Assembly: GCA_016234935.1 (NCBI GenBank)
Contig: JACRNL010000011.1
Coordinates: 129,472-193,471 of the forward strand
Origin: Deltaproteobacteria bacterium
Lineage (GTDB): Bacteria > Desulfobacterota > GWC2-55-46
DNA length: 64,000 nucleotides
Reading direction: 5' to 3'
In this document: piece by piece, positions 48,803 to 57,579 of the stretch
Numbering within the stretch: the stretch's first letter is position 1
Layout of the letters: the number at the start of each line of letters is the position of its first letter
Program-made: the position numbers and the translations under genes
The notes under the pieces: model-generated
What the model saw: the letters and a program-made list of their open reading frames with translations, nothing else
Databases searched by the model: none
What the model was told of the DNA's origin: nothing

Positions 48803-48830
48803 ATTATAGCCGGATTTGCCTTTCTGTCAA
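48803..48830 (-). promoter_or_regulatory. sigma70 promoter of the tolC-macA-macB-like operon
   Basis: Minus strand TTGACA-16 nt-TATAAT. Confidence 0.7.
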
Positions 48831-48986
48831 TACAATTATGCCGCTTGCCCGCCGGTTACCGCCCTCAAGCCCGAATGTTTCTATCGGGGATGAAAGGAGA
48901 AAGCTGCCGTGCAGGCCGGAAAAGCAGCTGTTTTATCAGCATGTTGCATAATACCAACATATTTTTTTCAAAGACCGCTAAAGTTC

Positions 48987-49015
48987 TTGACATTTTATGC
49001 CGATATGTATATCAT
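48987..49015 (+). promoter_or_regulatory. sigma70 promoter of the chaperone-usher operon
   Basis: TTGACA-17 nt-TATCAT. Confidence 0.65.
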
Positions 49016-49120
49016 ATGCTATAAGGCTTTGTTATTAACTGCATTGCTGGTTTGTCAAGAAAAGGGATGTGCGCATAAGGCGGATAAAAACTTAGACACA
49101 CAAACAGGAGGAATAAGAAT

Positions 49121-49594
49121 ATGAAGAGAAGGATTTTAGCGGCGGTTATCGGGTTGGGTCTGCTTTCCATTGCCGGTTCGGCAATGGCGCAGGGTCTTGC
49201 GACTATTGCAGTCTCGGCGCAAATCCCGGCCAAGTGCGCGGTTGATTCGGTTGTAGGGCAGACGGCGGACTTCGGAGACGTTATTACGACCCCCGCCACG
49301 CCTAAGACAGTAACAACGCTCTTCAGGTGCACAAAAGGCACGGCTATCACGATAACTGATGATGGCGGATTGCATGGGGGCACGCCCGGCATCTCCGGTA
49401 ATGTGAATGCCGGCGGCGTTGACAATATTAACTATACGTATGCTTATACCGTACCCAACGGAGGCGTGGGCGCGGGCTGGGGCGGTGCCCAGCAGTTATC
49501 CATGGCTATAGTACTGACCCTTAATCAAACCCAAGCGGATGCCGCAACTGTAGGCAATTATACGGACACCCTTGGGTTCACCATAACGCCCTGA
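49121..49594 (+). CDS. Spore-coat-U / CsuA/B-like major pilin
   Basis: AGGAGG RBS, signal peptide ending AMA, ATIAVSAQIPAKC...DFG...C, C-terminal GNYTDTLGFTITP. Confidence 0.85.
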   Translation: MKRRILAAVIGLGLLSIAGSAMAQGLATIAVSAQIPAKCAVDSVVGQTADFGDVITTPATPKTVTTLFRCTKGTAITITDDGGLHGGTPGISGNVNAGGVDNINYTYAYTVPNGGVGAGWGGAQQLSMAIVLTLNQTQADAATVGNYTDTLGFTITP

Positions 49595-49645
49595 CGGTCT
49601 ATTTGTATTGAGCGTATTGAGAGAGCAGAGGAAAACATGACAGTG

Positions 49646-49679
49646 AAAAGGGCGGCCTCCATTAGCCGCCCTTTTTTTT
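49646..49679 (+). terminator. Intrinsic terminator after the major pilin gene
   Basis: AAAAGGGCGGC-ctccatta-GCCGCCCTTTTTTTT. Confidence 0.8.
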
Positions 49680-49696
49680 CAGAACAGGGGCAGGTC

Positions 49697-49743
49697 GATG
49701 ACGACTTCCTTATCTCCTCCCCCCTTGCGGGGCAGGGTGGGGG
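49697..49743 (+). repeat. Palindromic dispersed repeat (family E)
   Basis: GATGACGACTTCCTTATCTCCTCCCCCCTTG...GGGCAGGGTGGGG; near-identical to the reverse complement of 58929-58980. Confidence 0.8.
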
Positions 49744-49821
49744 AGGCAGGATGGTGGATTTAGGGGTATACTTATAGGTAAGAGTAAGAGGACGCATGAA
49801 TCGGCCTTATGAGATAAAAAC

Positions 49822-50925
49822 ATGGAATTCAAAGAAAAGGAAATAGACGCCTCCGCATTGAAGCTTGCAAAGAGGCCTTTAGGCCGGATACTTCTGGACG
49901 GCGGCTTCATAAGCAGGGCGGATCTTGACAGGGCGGCCGAGGAGCAAAAAAGGGTAAAGCAGCCCATCGGCGAGATACTCGTGCGCATGGGCGCGCTCGA
50001 TGCCGACGCCCTTCGTGTGGTTCTGGCTGTTCAGCACAGGTTTTCCTCGCTTGAAGACGCCCTGAGCGCCGCCGCCGGCCAGCGCATGATGCTCGGTGAA
50101 CTCCTCCTTCAGGCCGGACGCCTCAGCCCCGAAAAGCTGTCCTCGGCCCTTGACGAACAAAGCCGGACCAATGAGAAGATAGGCGGGATACTCGTCCGCC
50201 GCCGCGTTATAACCGAAAGGGAGCTTGACGCGCTTCTTCAGTTTCAGAAAAATCTTGACGATAGTGAATCCGGGAGCGCGGATCTGCGGCTCGGCGAGAT
50301 ACTCGTCGCGGCAAAGAAGCTTTCCTACCGGCAGCTCCATGATACGCTTGCCAGACAGCAGGTCACGAAAAAGAAGCTCGGCGAGGCATTAATCGAGGCA
50401 GGCCATTGCGAGCGCCATCATGTTGAATGGGGCCTTGGCGTCCATAAAAAACTTATTGCCGCGGCTGTCATAACCGTCCTGTCGCTCGCGCACGTTCCGG
50501 CCGCCGGCGTCGCGCATGGGGCGGCAAATCCGGCGGCGGCGTCGCTCAGCGTGCAGATATCGGCGAGGGTATCGCCTCGCGTGGCCGTCAGAACCATCTA
50601 TCAGGCCCCGGAATTCGTCATCACAAACGCCGACGTAGACCGCGGTTATGTCGACGTCGCGGCGGCGTCGCTTTTTCAGGTCAGGAACAATTCACCCGCG
50701 GGTTATATCCTCGCCTTTGAGGCCGGGACGGCAAAATTCAAAGAAGTGCGCATTACGGGGCTTGCCTCCGAGGTCGTCATTACATCAGGGAGTGCCGTCT
50801 CCATGCAGCCATACGCCGGCCCCTATCCGGTGACGATGCAGCTAAGCTACAGGTTTGTCCTCGACAAGGACGCATATCCCGGCACTTATGCGTGGCCGGT
50901 AATGATGTCGGTCTCGTCATTATAA
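49822..50925 (+). CDS. Triple MshEN (GspE-N-like) domain protein fused to an internal signal/TM segment and a pilin-like beta domain
   Basis: Six 24-aa xLGxxLxxxGxxxxxxLxxxLxxQ-like motifs in three 24-5-24 pairs, then KKLIAAAVITVLSL...AHGA, then ASLSVQISARV...PGTYAWPVMMSV. Confidence 0.8.
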   Translation: MEFKEKEIDASALKLAKRPLGRILLDGGFISRADLDRAAEEQKRVKQPIGEILVRMGALDADALRVVLAVQHRFSSLEDALSAAAGQRMMLGELLLQAGRLSPEKLSSALDEQSRTNEKIGGILVRRRVITERELDALLQFQKNLDDSESGSADLRLGEILVAAKKLSYRQLHDTLARQQVTKKKLGEALIEAGHCERHHVEWGLGVHKKLIAAAVITVLSLAHVPAAGVAHGAANPAAASLSVQISARVSPRVAVRTIYQAPEFVITNADVDRGYVDVAAASLFQVRNNSPAGYILAFEAGTAKFKEVRITGLASEVVITSGSAVSMQPYAGPYPVTMQLSYRFVLDKDAYPGTYAWPVMMSVSSL

Positions 50926-50927
50926 GA

Positions 50928-51178
50928 ATCGGGGATACAGACATTCGGAGCCTGCCCCTGCGTGTATGCCCTCGCGTGCCCCTGCTCCCCGGTAGATACA
51001 TTCGAGGACATGTTAAAACGTGCGGGGGCAGGCTGAAGCGGGGGATGGCTTTTCCATATTGTCATTCCCGATGTTTTTATCGGGAATCTAATTCCGTGAT
51101 TTGAGAAGATAAAATTAAAACCAGATCCCCGATAAAGACATTCGGGGATGACAGCAGGGCAGCGTTCGGGGATGACGG
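50928..51178. repeat. Cluster of REP/RPE-like palindromes (families C and D)
   Basis: Inverted family C unit at 50951-51044; GTCATTCCCGATGTTTTTATCGGGAATC at 51061; GATCCCCGATAAAGACATTCGGGGATGAC at 51124; TTCGGGGATGAC again at about 51165. Confidence 0.8.
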
Positions 51179-51209
51179 AAAAAAGAAGACATAATAAGGA
51201 GCAGGTCGA

Positions 51210-51995
51210 ATGATAACATTGCCGCCGCTTCGATCCCGGATTTTCAGATTCAAGCGCCTCCATGCCGTAATCCTTTTAAGCCTGTTTTTTTTGCGCCCTG
51301 CATCCGTCCTTGCAGGCTTCAGCGTGTCGCCTTTGACAATTGAATTCGACAAGAAGGTAAAAAGCGCTCTGATTTCGATAGAGGCCCAGGGGCCGGAAAA
51401 CGTCAATCTGCAGATGAGGGCCGTCCTGTGGACCCAGGACGCCGACGGCAAGGACGTCTACACGGACACATCCGACCTTATCTACCTCCCGAAATTAATG
51501 ACGGTCAAGGGCAATAAATCGAGGGCGCTGAGGGTTGGCACCACGCAGTCCACTATCGTGGATAAGGAAAAGTGTTACAGGCTGTTCATCGAAGAGATAC
51601 CCGCCCCCAGGAAGGATGCCGAGGGCCCGAACGTCAACATATCATTCAGGTTTGCTCTGCCGGTCTATATAAAACCGGTCAAGGAGATTTACGATTTAAA
51701 GATAGAAAAGGCGGAAATGTCGGGTAAGGGCGTGATTGTTCTTGTCAGGAATTCCGGCAACGCGCATCAGAGGGTATTTACCGTTGACATCAGGGGCAAG
51801 GATTCCGGCGGCAACGCTCTCATGTCCGCCCGGCTCAACGGATGGTATGTCCTTGGCGGCAGTTCAAGTAAATATTTTGCGGAGATACCGAAAGACAGGT
51901 GCAATGAATTGAAGACGATTGAAGTCGAAGTCAATACCGACAGAGGGCCGATTAAACAGGATATCGCGATAGACGCCGCCAAGTGCCAGCCTTAA
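51210..51995 (+). CDS. Fimbrial periplasmic chaperone (PapD/CsuC-like)
   Basis: Signal peptide, FSVSP, WTQ..GKD, EKCYRLFIEEIP, ALPVY, NSGNAH. Confidence 0.88.
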   Translation: MITLPPLRSRIFRFKRLHAVILLSLFFLRPASVLAGFSVSPLTIEFDKKVKSALISIEAQGPENVNLQMRAVLWTQDADGKDVYTDTSDLIYLPKLMTVKGNKSRALRVGTTQSTIVDKEKCYRLFIEEIPAPRKDAEGPNVNISFRFALPVYIKPVKEIYDLKIEKAEMSGKGVIVLVRNSGNAHQRVFTVDIRGKDSGGNALMSARLNGWYVLGGSSSKYFAEIPKDRCNELKTIEVEVNTDRGPIKQDIAIDAAKCQP

Positions 51996-52010
51996 ACTGC
52001 GGGGGGTTTT

Positions 52011-54398
52011 TTGACAGGCCGGCTAATGGACAAAATTGCCGCATTAAAATACGGCCTGCTGATACTGGCTTCTTTAGTTTTTTTTTGCGTTCCTGCTTTT
52101 TCAGAGGAATCGGTGGTCGTTGTCCTTAATGTAAGGCTCAACATGGTGGACAAGGGTGATTTTTACATGATGGCCGCCCCTGACGGGGACTATCTTGTGA
52201 AGACCGAAGAGCTTAAAAAGATGGGTTTCAAGGCCCCGCGGGGCGCGGCTTCCATTATAGAAGGCGCCGAACATATCTCCCTGAAGTCCATGCAGGGCGT
52301 CAGGTTCGTCTACAACGAGGACGCCGTCGCCCTCGAAATCACCGCCGAGCCGTCGCTTCTTGGCAAGGTTATCATTGATTACGCCGGGACCATCTACAAG
52401 GAAAATGTCGAATACACCGGCAGCGGCTTCAGCGCGTTTTTCAACTACAAGCTCAACTATAACGCAGGCATGGATTTTAAATACGAAAGCTCCGTCATGA
52501 CAAATGAAGCGGGGGTGCGCGGCGCCGGATTTCTGCTAAAGACGGATACCGTGTATACGGACACAAACAGCGGCGAAACATTCCGAAGACTCCAGAGCAA
52601 CGTCACCTACGACAGAAGGAATGAACTGCAGCGCATAACGGGCGGCGACTTCTTCGCCTCTTCCGGCGACTTCGGCACCACCTTGAACATGGGCGGCCTC
52701 AGCATAGCCAAGATATACAGGATGGACCCCTATTTTATAAAGCAGCCGCTTTTTAACGTTACCGGCCAGATGGCGACTCCATCGGAGGTCGAGGTCTATC
52801 TTGACGGCGCGCTTATAAGGAAGGAAAAGCTGGCGCCGGGAGAGTTTGAGCTAAGGAATATATCGGCATACAGCGGGGCGGGCAATTATGAGATACTTAT
52901 CAGGGACTCATATGGAAGAGAGCAGAGGATGAGGTATCCGTTCTATTATGCCGATCAGCTCTTAAAGAGCGGTCTGCATGAATACAGCTATAACGCCGGC
53001 CTCATCAGGAAGGATTACGGGGTAAAGAGCGCGGAGTACGGCTCGCCGGCATTTTCCGCGCTGCACAGGTACGGTTTCAGCGACATCCTTACGGTCGGCG
53101 CCGGCGCCGAAGCCTCCGGCGGGACCTATGTGCTTACCCCCCAGATTTCTTACGGCATGGCTGATATAGGCGTATTGGACGTGGATCTGTCCGGCAGCGA
53201 GGACGAGACAATGGGAGAGGGCTGGGCCGGCCTGGCGAGTTACAGGTATGACGGAAGACCCATAAGCTCGAGGGTTATCTTCAGGCAATTCAACAAGGAG
53301 TATATGCGGCTGAGTTCAGCTCTTACCGGCGTGAGGACAAAGTTCGAGATAGGAGCCGGCATAAGCTACTCGCCGGGAAATCTCGGCGCCGCAAGCCTTG
53401 ATTATACCGCCACCAAGATCTACCATGGAGCGGAGAGGAGGACGACCTCCACGACCTATTCCATAAGCCCGTTCAGAGAGGCCATGCTCTCTTTTACATT
53501 AAGGAACAGGAGGACGAAGGCGCCTGAGGGCGATGAATCGGCCAATGAGTTGTTTGTCAATTTCAGCTATTATCCGTGGAAGGATATAAGCGCGTCCGTA
53601 AGCTGGCAAAGGTTAAAGGACGTTGACACGGAGACGGCCCAGATACAGAAGCCTGCGCCGACGGGAGAGGGCTACGGCTACAGGATGGCCGCCGCGAGGG
53701 TGGACGGCCCGGCGGAGCGCAGCACCACGGTTTCCCCGTACGTTCAGTATAACGGCCGCTACGCCAGGATTGTCGGTGAATTTAACGGGATCTACGGCGC
53801 CGCCGGCCAACGCTCGGAAAGGTCTGATCTGTCGGTTGCAGGAGGCATCGGATACGTCGGCGGCAGGCTGGGCCTCAGCCGCCCGATATTAGACAGCTTT
53901 GCCGTCGTGAAGGCGGACGGGCTGAAGGACGTGTCAGTAATGCGCAGCGGCCAGGAGATAGGCAAGACAGACTCTGCCGGCTACGCCTTCGTGCCTGAGC
54001 TTGTTTCATATGTTAATAATACGATAAATCTCGATATAACGGCCATCCCCATGGATTATGCCGTTCATGACGCCGGAAGGACCATAAATCCGGCTTTGAG
54101 GAGCGGCACGTATCTGGACTTTAATATAAGGAAGATACAGGCCGTCACCGGAAGATTAAGGATTAAATCAAAAGACGGCTCGATAAAAGACGCCGAGTTC
54201 TACGAGGTCAGCATGACGGTCAAGGGAGAGGAGCTGCTTTTACCTACCGGCAAGGCAGGAGAGTTTTATATTGAAAACATCCCTGCCGGGCAATACACGG
54301 CGGCTGCTCGCTACCCTGGCACGGCTTGCGCGTTTGAGATTGTAGTCCCGGAGAGCATGGAGACTATTGTGGATTTGGGAGAGGTATTCTGTGAATAG
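52011..54398 (+). CDS. Fimbrial outer membrane usher (CsuD-like)
   Basis: About 795 aa; AFFNY, PSEVEVYLDG, RDSYGRE, LLKSGLHEYSYNAG, HRYG, SRPILDSFAVV, C-terminal C..C. Confidence 0.9.
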   Translation: MTGRLMDKIAALKYGLLILASLVFFCVPAFSEESVVVVLNVRLNMVDKGDFYMMAAPDGDYLVKTEELKKMGFKAPRGAASIIEGAEHISLKSMQGVRFVYNEDAVALEITAEPSLLGKVIIDYAGTIYKENVEYTGSGFSAFFNYKLNYNAGMDFKYESSVMTNEAGVRGAGFLLKTDTVYTDTNSGETFRRLQSNVTYDRRNELQRITGGDFFASSGDFGTTLNMGGLSIAKIYRMDPYFIKQPLFNVTGQMATPSEVEVYLDGALIRKEKLAPGEFELRNISAYSGAGNYEILIRDSYGREQRMRYPFYYADQLLKSGLHEYSYNAGLIRKDYGVKSAEYGSPAFSALHRYGFSDILTVGAGAEASGGTYVLTPQISYGMADIGVLDVDLSGSEDETMGEGWAGLASYRYDGRPISSRVIFRQFNKEYMRLSSALTGVRTKFEIGAGISYSPGNLGAASLDYTATKIYHGAERRTTSTTYSISPFREAMLSFTLRNRRTKAPEGDESANELFVNFSYYPWKDISASVSWQRLKDVDTETAQIQKPAPTGEGYGYRMAAARVDGPAERSTTVSPYVQYNGRYARIVGEFNGIYGAAGQRSERSDLSVAGGIGYVGGRLGLSRPILDSFAVVKADGLKDVSVMRSGQEIGKTDSAGYAFVPELVSYVNNTINLDITAIPMDYAVHDAGRTINPALRSGTYLDFNIRKIQAVTGRLRIKSKDGSIKDAEFYEVSMTVKGEELLLPTGKAGEFYIENIPAGQYTAAARYPGTACAFEIVVPESMETIVDLGEVFCE

Positions 54399-54882
54399 CG
54401 CATTTAAAATTATGTTCATAAATTGGATGCAGTTTTTATTGTTTGCCCTTGCGCCCTTTGCGGGTGATAGGGCGTATGCCGCCGCCCCAACCTGTACGTT
54501 GACCGCGACGCCAATAAACTTCCCCCTGTATGACTCTTCCGTTGCCGTCACCGCCACCGGTACCGTCACGGTGTCATGCTCAAGCGGCAACCCCGCGTAT
54601 ACGGTATCCCTCGGGCCAAGTTCTGGGAGCAACTCCGTAAACCCAAGGGCGTTAAAGCACCAGACAGTCCCGGATACGCTGACTTATACCATCAGGACTC
54701 CGGCGACGACACAGGGCACCCCTGCCGGAGCGCTCTGGGGCGACGGCACACTCGGCACAATCGTCGTGACTGAAAGGTTCAGGTTGTCGGCTGTGCTTAC
54801 CATGACCGGCGATATCCCGGCCGGACAGGATATGACGTACGGTCTTTACGCTGACAGCATCACGGCTACCGTGACGCCTTAA
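54391..54882 (+). CDS. Spore-coat-U domain minor pilin
   Basis: Signal ending AYA, TCTLTATPINFPLYD...VSC, LWGDGT, IPAGQD..YGLYADSITATVTP. Start uncertain. Confidence 0.85.
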   Translation: MNSAFKIMFINWMQFLLFALAPFAGDRAYAAAPTCTLTATPINFPLYDSSVAVTATGTVTVSCSSGNPAYTVSLGPSSGSNSVNPRALKHQTVPDTLTYTIRTPATTQGTPAGALWGDGTLGTIVVTERFRLSAVLTMTGDIPAGQDMTYGLYADSITATVTP

Positions 54883-55041
54883 CGCATTGTTTTTAAAATT
54901 GAAATCACGTTGTGTCAATAGCGCCTCCCGTCCCGCTGCGCACGCCCTCTTCTTTTTTTCTGTCAATCCGGTAAGTTGTCTTATTCCCTGAAATAATGGT
55001 AAAATATATGTATAAGATGTTATATCAAGGAGGTGAGATGT

Positions 55042-55152
55042 ATGTATCTCGATTGGCATGATAAAGACATCAGGCACATGGTGGAGGCGTACTATATTAC
55101 GGCTCTGGCGCTTACTCTCTTGATGCTTATCGGCGGATGGTATCTGTTATAA
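55042..55152 (+). CDS. Unannotated 36-aa single-TM small protein
   Basis: AAGGAGGTGA RBS at 55027-55036; MYLDWHDKDIRHMVEAYYITALALTLLMLIGGWYLL*; followed by a terminator. Confidence 0.65.
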   Translation: MYLDWHDKDIRHMVEAYYITALALTLLMLIGGWYLL

Positions 55153-55181
55153 AGCGCTTGATTCCATGTGATCTGTGCTTG

Positions 55182-55208
55182 GAAAAAGGGGGAGATTCCC
55201 CTTTTTTC
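55182..55208 (+). terminator. Intrinsic, possibly bidirectional, terminator
   Basis: GAAAAAGGGGG-agat-TCCCCTTTTTTC. Confidence 0.65.
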
Positions 55209-55343
55209 TTATCTTTTTCAAAGCCCGTCCTCCATTCCAGCGTAACATCCCGATTTTACGGACAAATATCCCATAGCCGCGGTTTAGCCCGTCTTGACGA
55301 ACCCGAAAATCAAGCTATCCTTTTTTAAAAGGAAGCGCGGGCA

Positions 55344-56945
55344 ATGGATAATGCGGGTGAGGCCGTCTATTACAGAAATAAAGTTCGCGGCAGAGCCGGC
55401 GTCAGGCAATGGATATTTTCAACCGACCATAAGCGCATAGGCGTTTTATACCTCGTCTCGGTTCTGGCCATGTTTTCGAGCGGCGTAGTCCTCGGCGTTC
55501 TTATGAGGCTGGAACTTCTAACGCCCGGGCCGACCCTGATGGGGCCGCAGACCTATAATTCCATGTTCACGCTTCACGGCGTGATAATGCTCTTTCTCTT
55601 TATCATCCCTGCCGCCCCCGGTGTGTTCGGAAACTTCTTCCTGCCCATACTCATCGGCGCAAACGACGTGGCCTTTCCGCGCCTGAACCTCCTTTCATGG
55701 TGGTTTTACATGGCAGGCGCGGCCATTGCCGTGGCTTCTATTTTAATCGGCGCGGGGCCGCCGGACACGGGCTGGACGTTTTACGCTCCGTACAGCCTCT
55801 TCACCGGGCAGGACGTTTCATTGGCCCTTTTTGCCGTCTTCGTGCTCGGCCTTTCGTCGGTGCTGACGGGCATAAATTTTATCGTCACAGTGCACAACAT
55901 GCGCGCGCCCGGCATGGGCTGGTTCAGGATGCCTCTGTTCGTGTGGTCTATCTACGCCACGGCGTGGATACAGGCCCTTGCCACGCCAGTTGTCGGCACG
56001 ACCTTTTTACTGGTGATAGCCGAAAGGTTTTTCGGCATAGGCGTATTCGATCCTGCAAAGGGAGGAGACCCGATACTGTATCAGCACCTTTTCTGGATAT
56101 ACTCCCATCCGGCGGTCTATATAATGATACTGCCGGCAATGGGGATTATCACCGAGATAATCCCCGTATTTGCCCGAAAGACGGTCTTCGGCTACCGGGC
56201 GATAGCGTATTCAAGCCTTGCGATAGCAGGGGTGGGCTCCCTCGTGTGGGGCCATCACATGTTCGTAAGCGGCTACTCCTACACGGCAGGGGTGCTCTTT
56301 TCGTTCTTTACCTTCCTCGTGGCCATACCGAGCGCGGTAAAGGTTTTTAATTGGATCGCCACCCTTCATAAAGGCTCGATAGTCTTTTCCACCCCCATGC
56401 TCTACGCCTTTTGCTTCATCTTCCTTTTTTCCATCGGAGGGCTGACCGGGCTTATGCTCGGCGCGCTTTCTATGAACGTCGTTTTGCACGGCACGTATTT
56501 TGTGGTGGGCCACTTCCACTACGTCAAGTTCGGCGGCGCGGGGTTTGCCTTTTTCGCGGGGCTTCATTATTGGTTCCCTAAGATGTCCGGCAGGCTCTAT
56601 AGCCGGATGAGGGCCAATATCGCGCTGTTTCTGTTGTTTGCCGGCTTTAACATGTTGTACTTTCCGATGTTCATCCTCGGCATCGAGGGCATGCCGAGGA
56701 GATACTTTGACGCTTTGCCGCAGTATCATTTCTGGCAGGCAGTGTCCATCGCGGGCTCGTGGGTGCTGGCGGCAGGCATTATACTGATGCTGGCCAATCT
56801 CGTCCACGCGCTTTTCAGGGGAGAAAAGGCCCCTGAAAACCCGTGGGCAGGGGCGACGCTTGAGTGGACTATCCCGTCACCGCCTGCCCATGAGAACTTC
56901 GTGAAAATCCCTGAGATAAGGCGCGGGCCGTATGATTACCGGTAG
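55344..56945 (+). CDS. ctaD: Cytochrome c oxidase subunit I (A2-type heme-copper oxidase)
   Basis: TDHKRIG, DVAFPRLN, GWTFY, YSHPAVY (YS motif), WGHHM, HFHY, GMPRRY. Confidence 0.95.
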   Translation: MDNAGEAVYYRNKVRGRAGVRQWIFSTDHKRIGVLYLVSVLAMFSSGVVLGVLMRLELLTPGPTLMGPQTYNSMFTLHGVIMLFLFIIPAAPGVFGNFFLPILIGANDVAFPRLNLLSWWFYMAGAAIAVASILIGAGPPDTGWTFYAPYSLFTGQDVSLALFAVFVLGLSSVLTGINFIVTVHNMRAPGMGWFRMPLFVWSIYATAWIQALATPVVGTTFLLVIAERFFGIGVFDPAKGGDPILYQHLFWIYSHPAVYIMILPAMGIITEIIPVFARKTVFGYRAIAYSSLAIAGVGSLVWGHHMFVSGYSYTAGVLFSFFTFLVAIPSAVKVFNWIATLHKGSIVFSTPMLYAFCFIFLFSIGGLTGLMLGALSMNVVLHGTYFVVGHFHYVKFGGAGFAFFAGLHYWFPKMSGRLYSRMRANIALFLLFAGFNMLYFPMFILGIEGMPRRYFDALPQYHFWQAVSIAGSWVLAAGIILMLANLVHALFRGEKAPENPWAGATLEWTIPSPPAHENFVKIPEIRRGPYDYR

Positions 56946-56961
56946 ACGCGGCGAGGAAGAT

Positions 56962-57573
56962 ATGGGCAAAACAGGCGTTAGAGACGATGCGCGCGGCGCG
57001 GCGGCTCGCCTGGGCATGTGGCTTTTTATAGCCACGGAGGCCTTTTTCTTCCTGGCTCCGCTTCTCCTTTATGCCGCGTATCGATACAGGTATGCATATG
57101 ATTTTCGCGCCGCGGGAGGAGAGCTTAACCTTTTTACCGGCGCGGCCAACACCGCCGTGCTTCTTACGAGTTCCCTTACCATGGCCCTCGCGGTCAATGC
57201 GGGGCAAAGGGGGGATAAGAGGCTTACGGCTGTCCTGCTCGCGGCGACGATTATCCTTGGGTCTGTCTTTCTCGTGATTAAGTATTTCGAATGGACAGCC
57301 AAGATATCCCACGGCATCTATCCAAATTCCGAAACGTTTTCAGGCCGCGCGCGCGGCGAGGTGATATTCTGGGGGCTTTATTTTTTTATTACCGGCCTTC
57401 ACGGCCTCCACGTGTTCATCGGCGTATGCCTTTTAACGGTCATGCTTTTTATGAGGCTTGCCAACGCGTCCGGAGGGAGATACCCGGCGAGGCTTGAGAA
57501 CTGCGGCCTCTACTGGCATGCCGTAGACGTCATCTGGATATATATTTTCCCGTTTTTCTATCTTATGGGATAG
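56962..57573 (+). CDS. ctaE: Cytochrome c oxidase subunit III
   Basis: GMWLFIATE, NTAVLLTSS, TGLHGLHV, LYWHAVDVIW. Confidence 0.93.
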   Translation: MGKTGVRDDARGAAARLGMWLFIATEAFFFLAPLLLYAAYRYRYAYDFRAAGGELNLFTGAANTAVLLTSSLTMALAVNAGQRGDKRLTAVLLAATIILGSVFLVIKYFEWTAKISHGIYPNSETFSGRARGEVIFWGLYFFITGLHGLHVFIGVCLLTVMLFMRLANASGGRYPARLENCGLYWHAVDVIWIYIFPFFYLMG

Positions 57574-57579
57574 GAGATT

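Noticed and set aside
55697..56350. 217-aa alternative-frame ORF inside ctaD
   Set aside because: Arg/Gly-rich off-frame translation with no RBS or recognisable domain.
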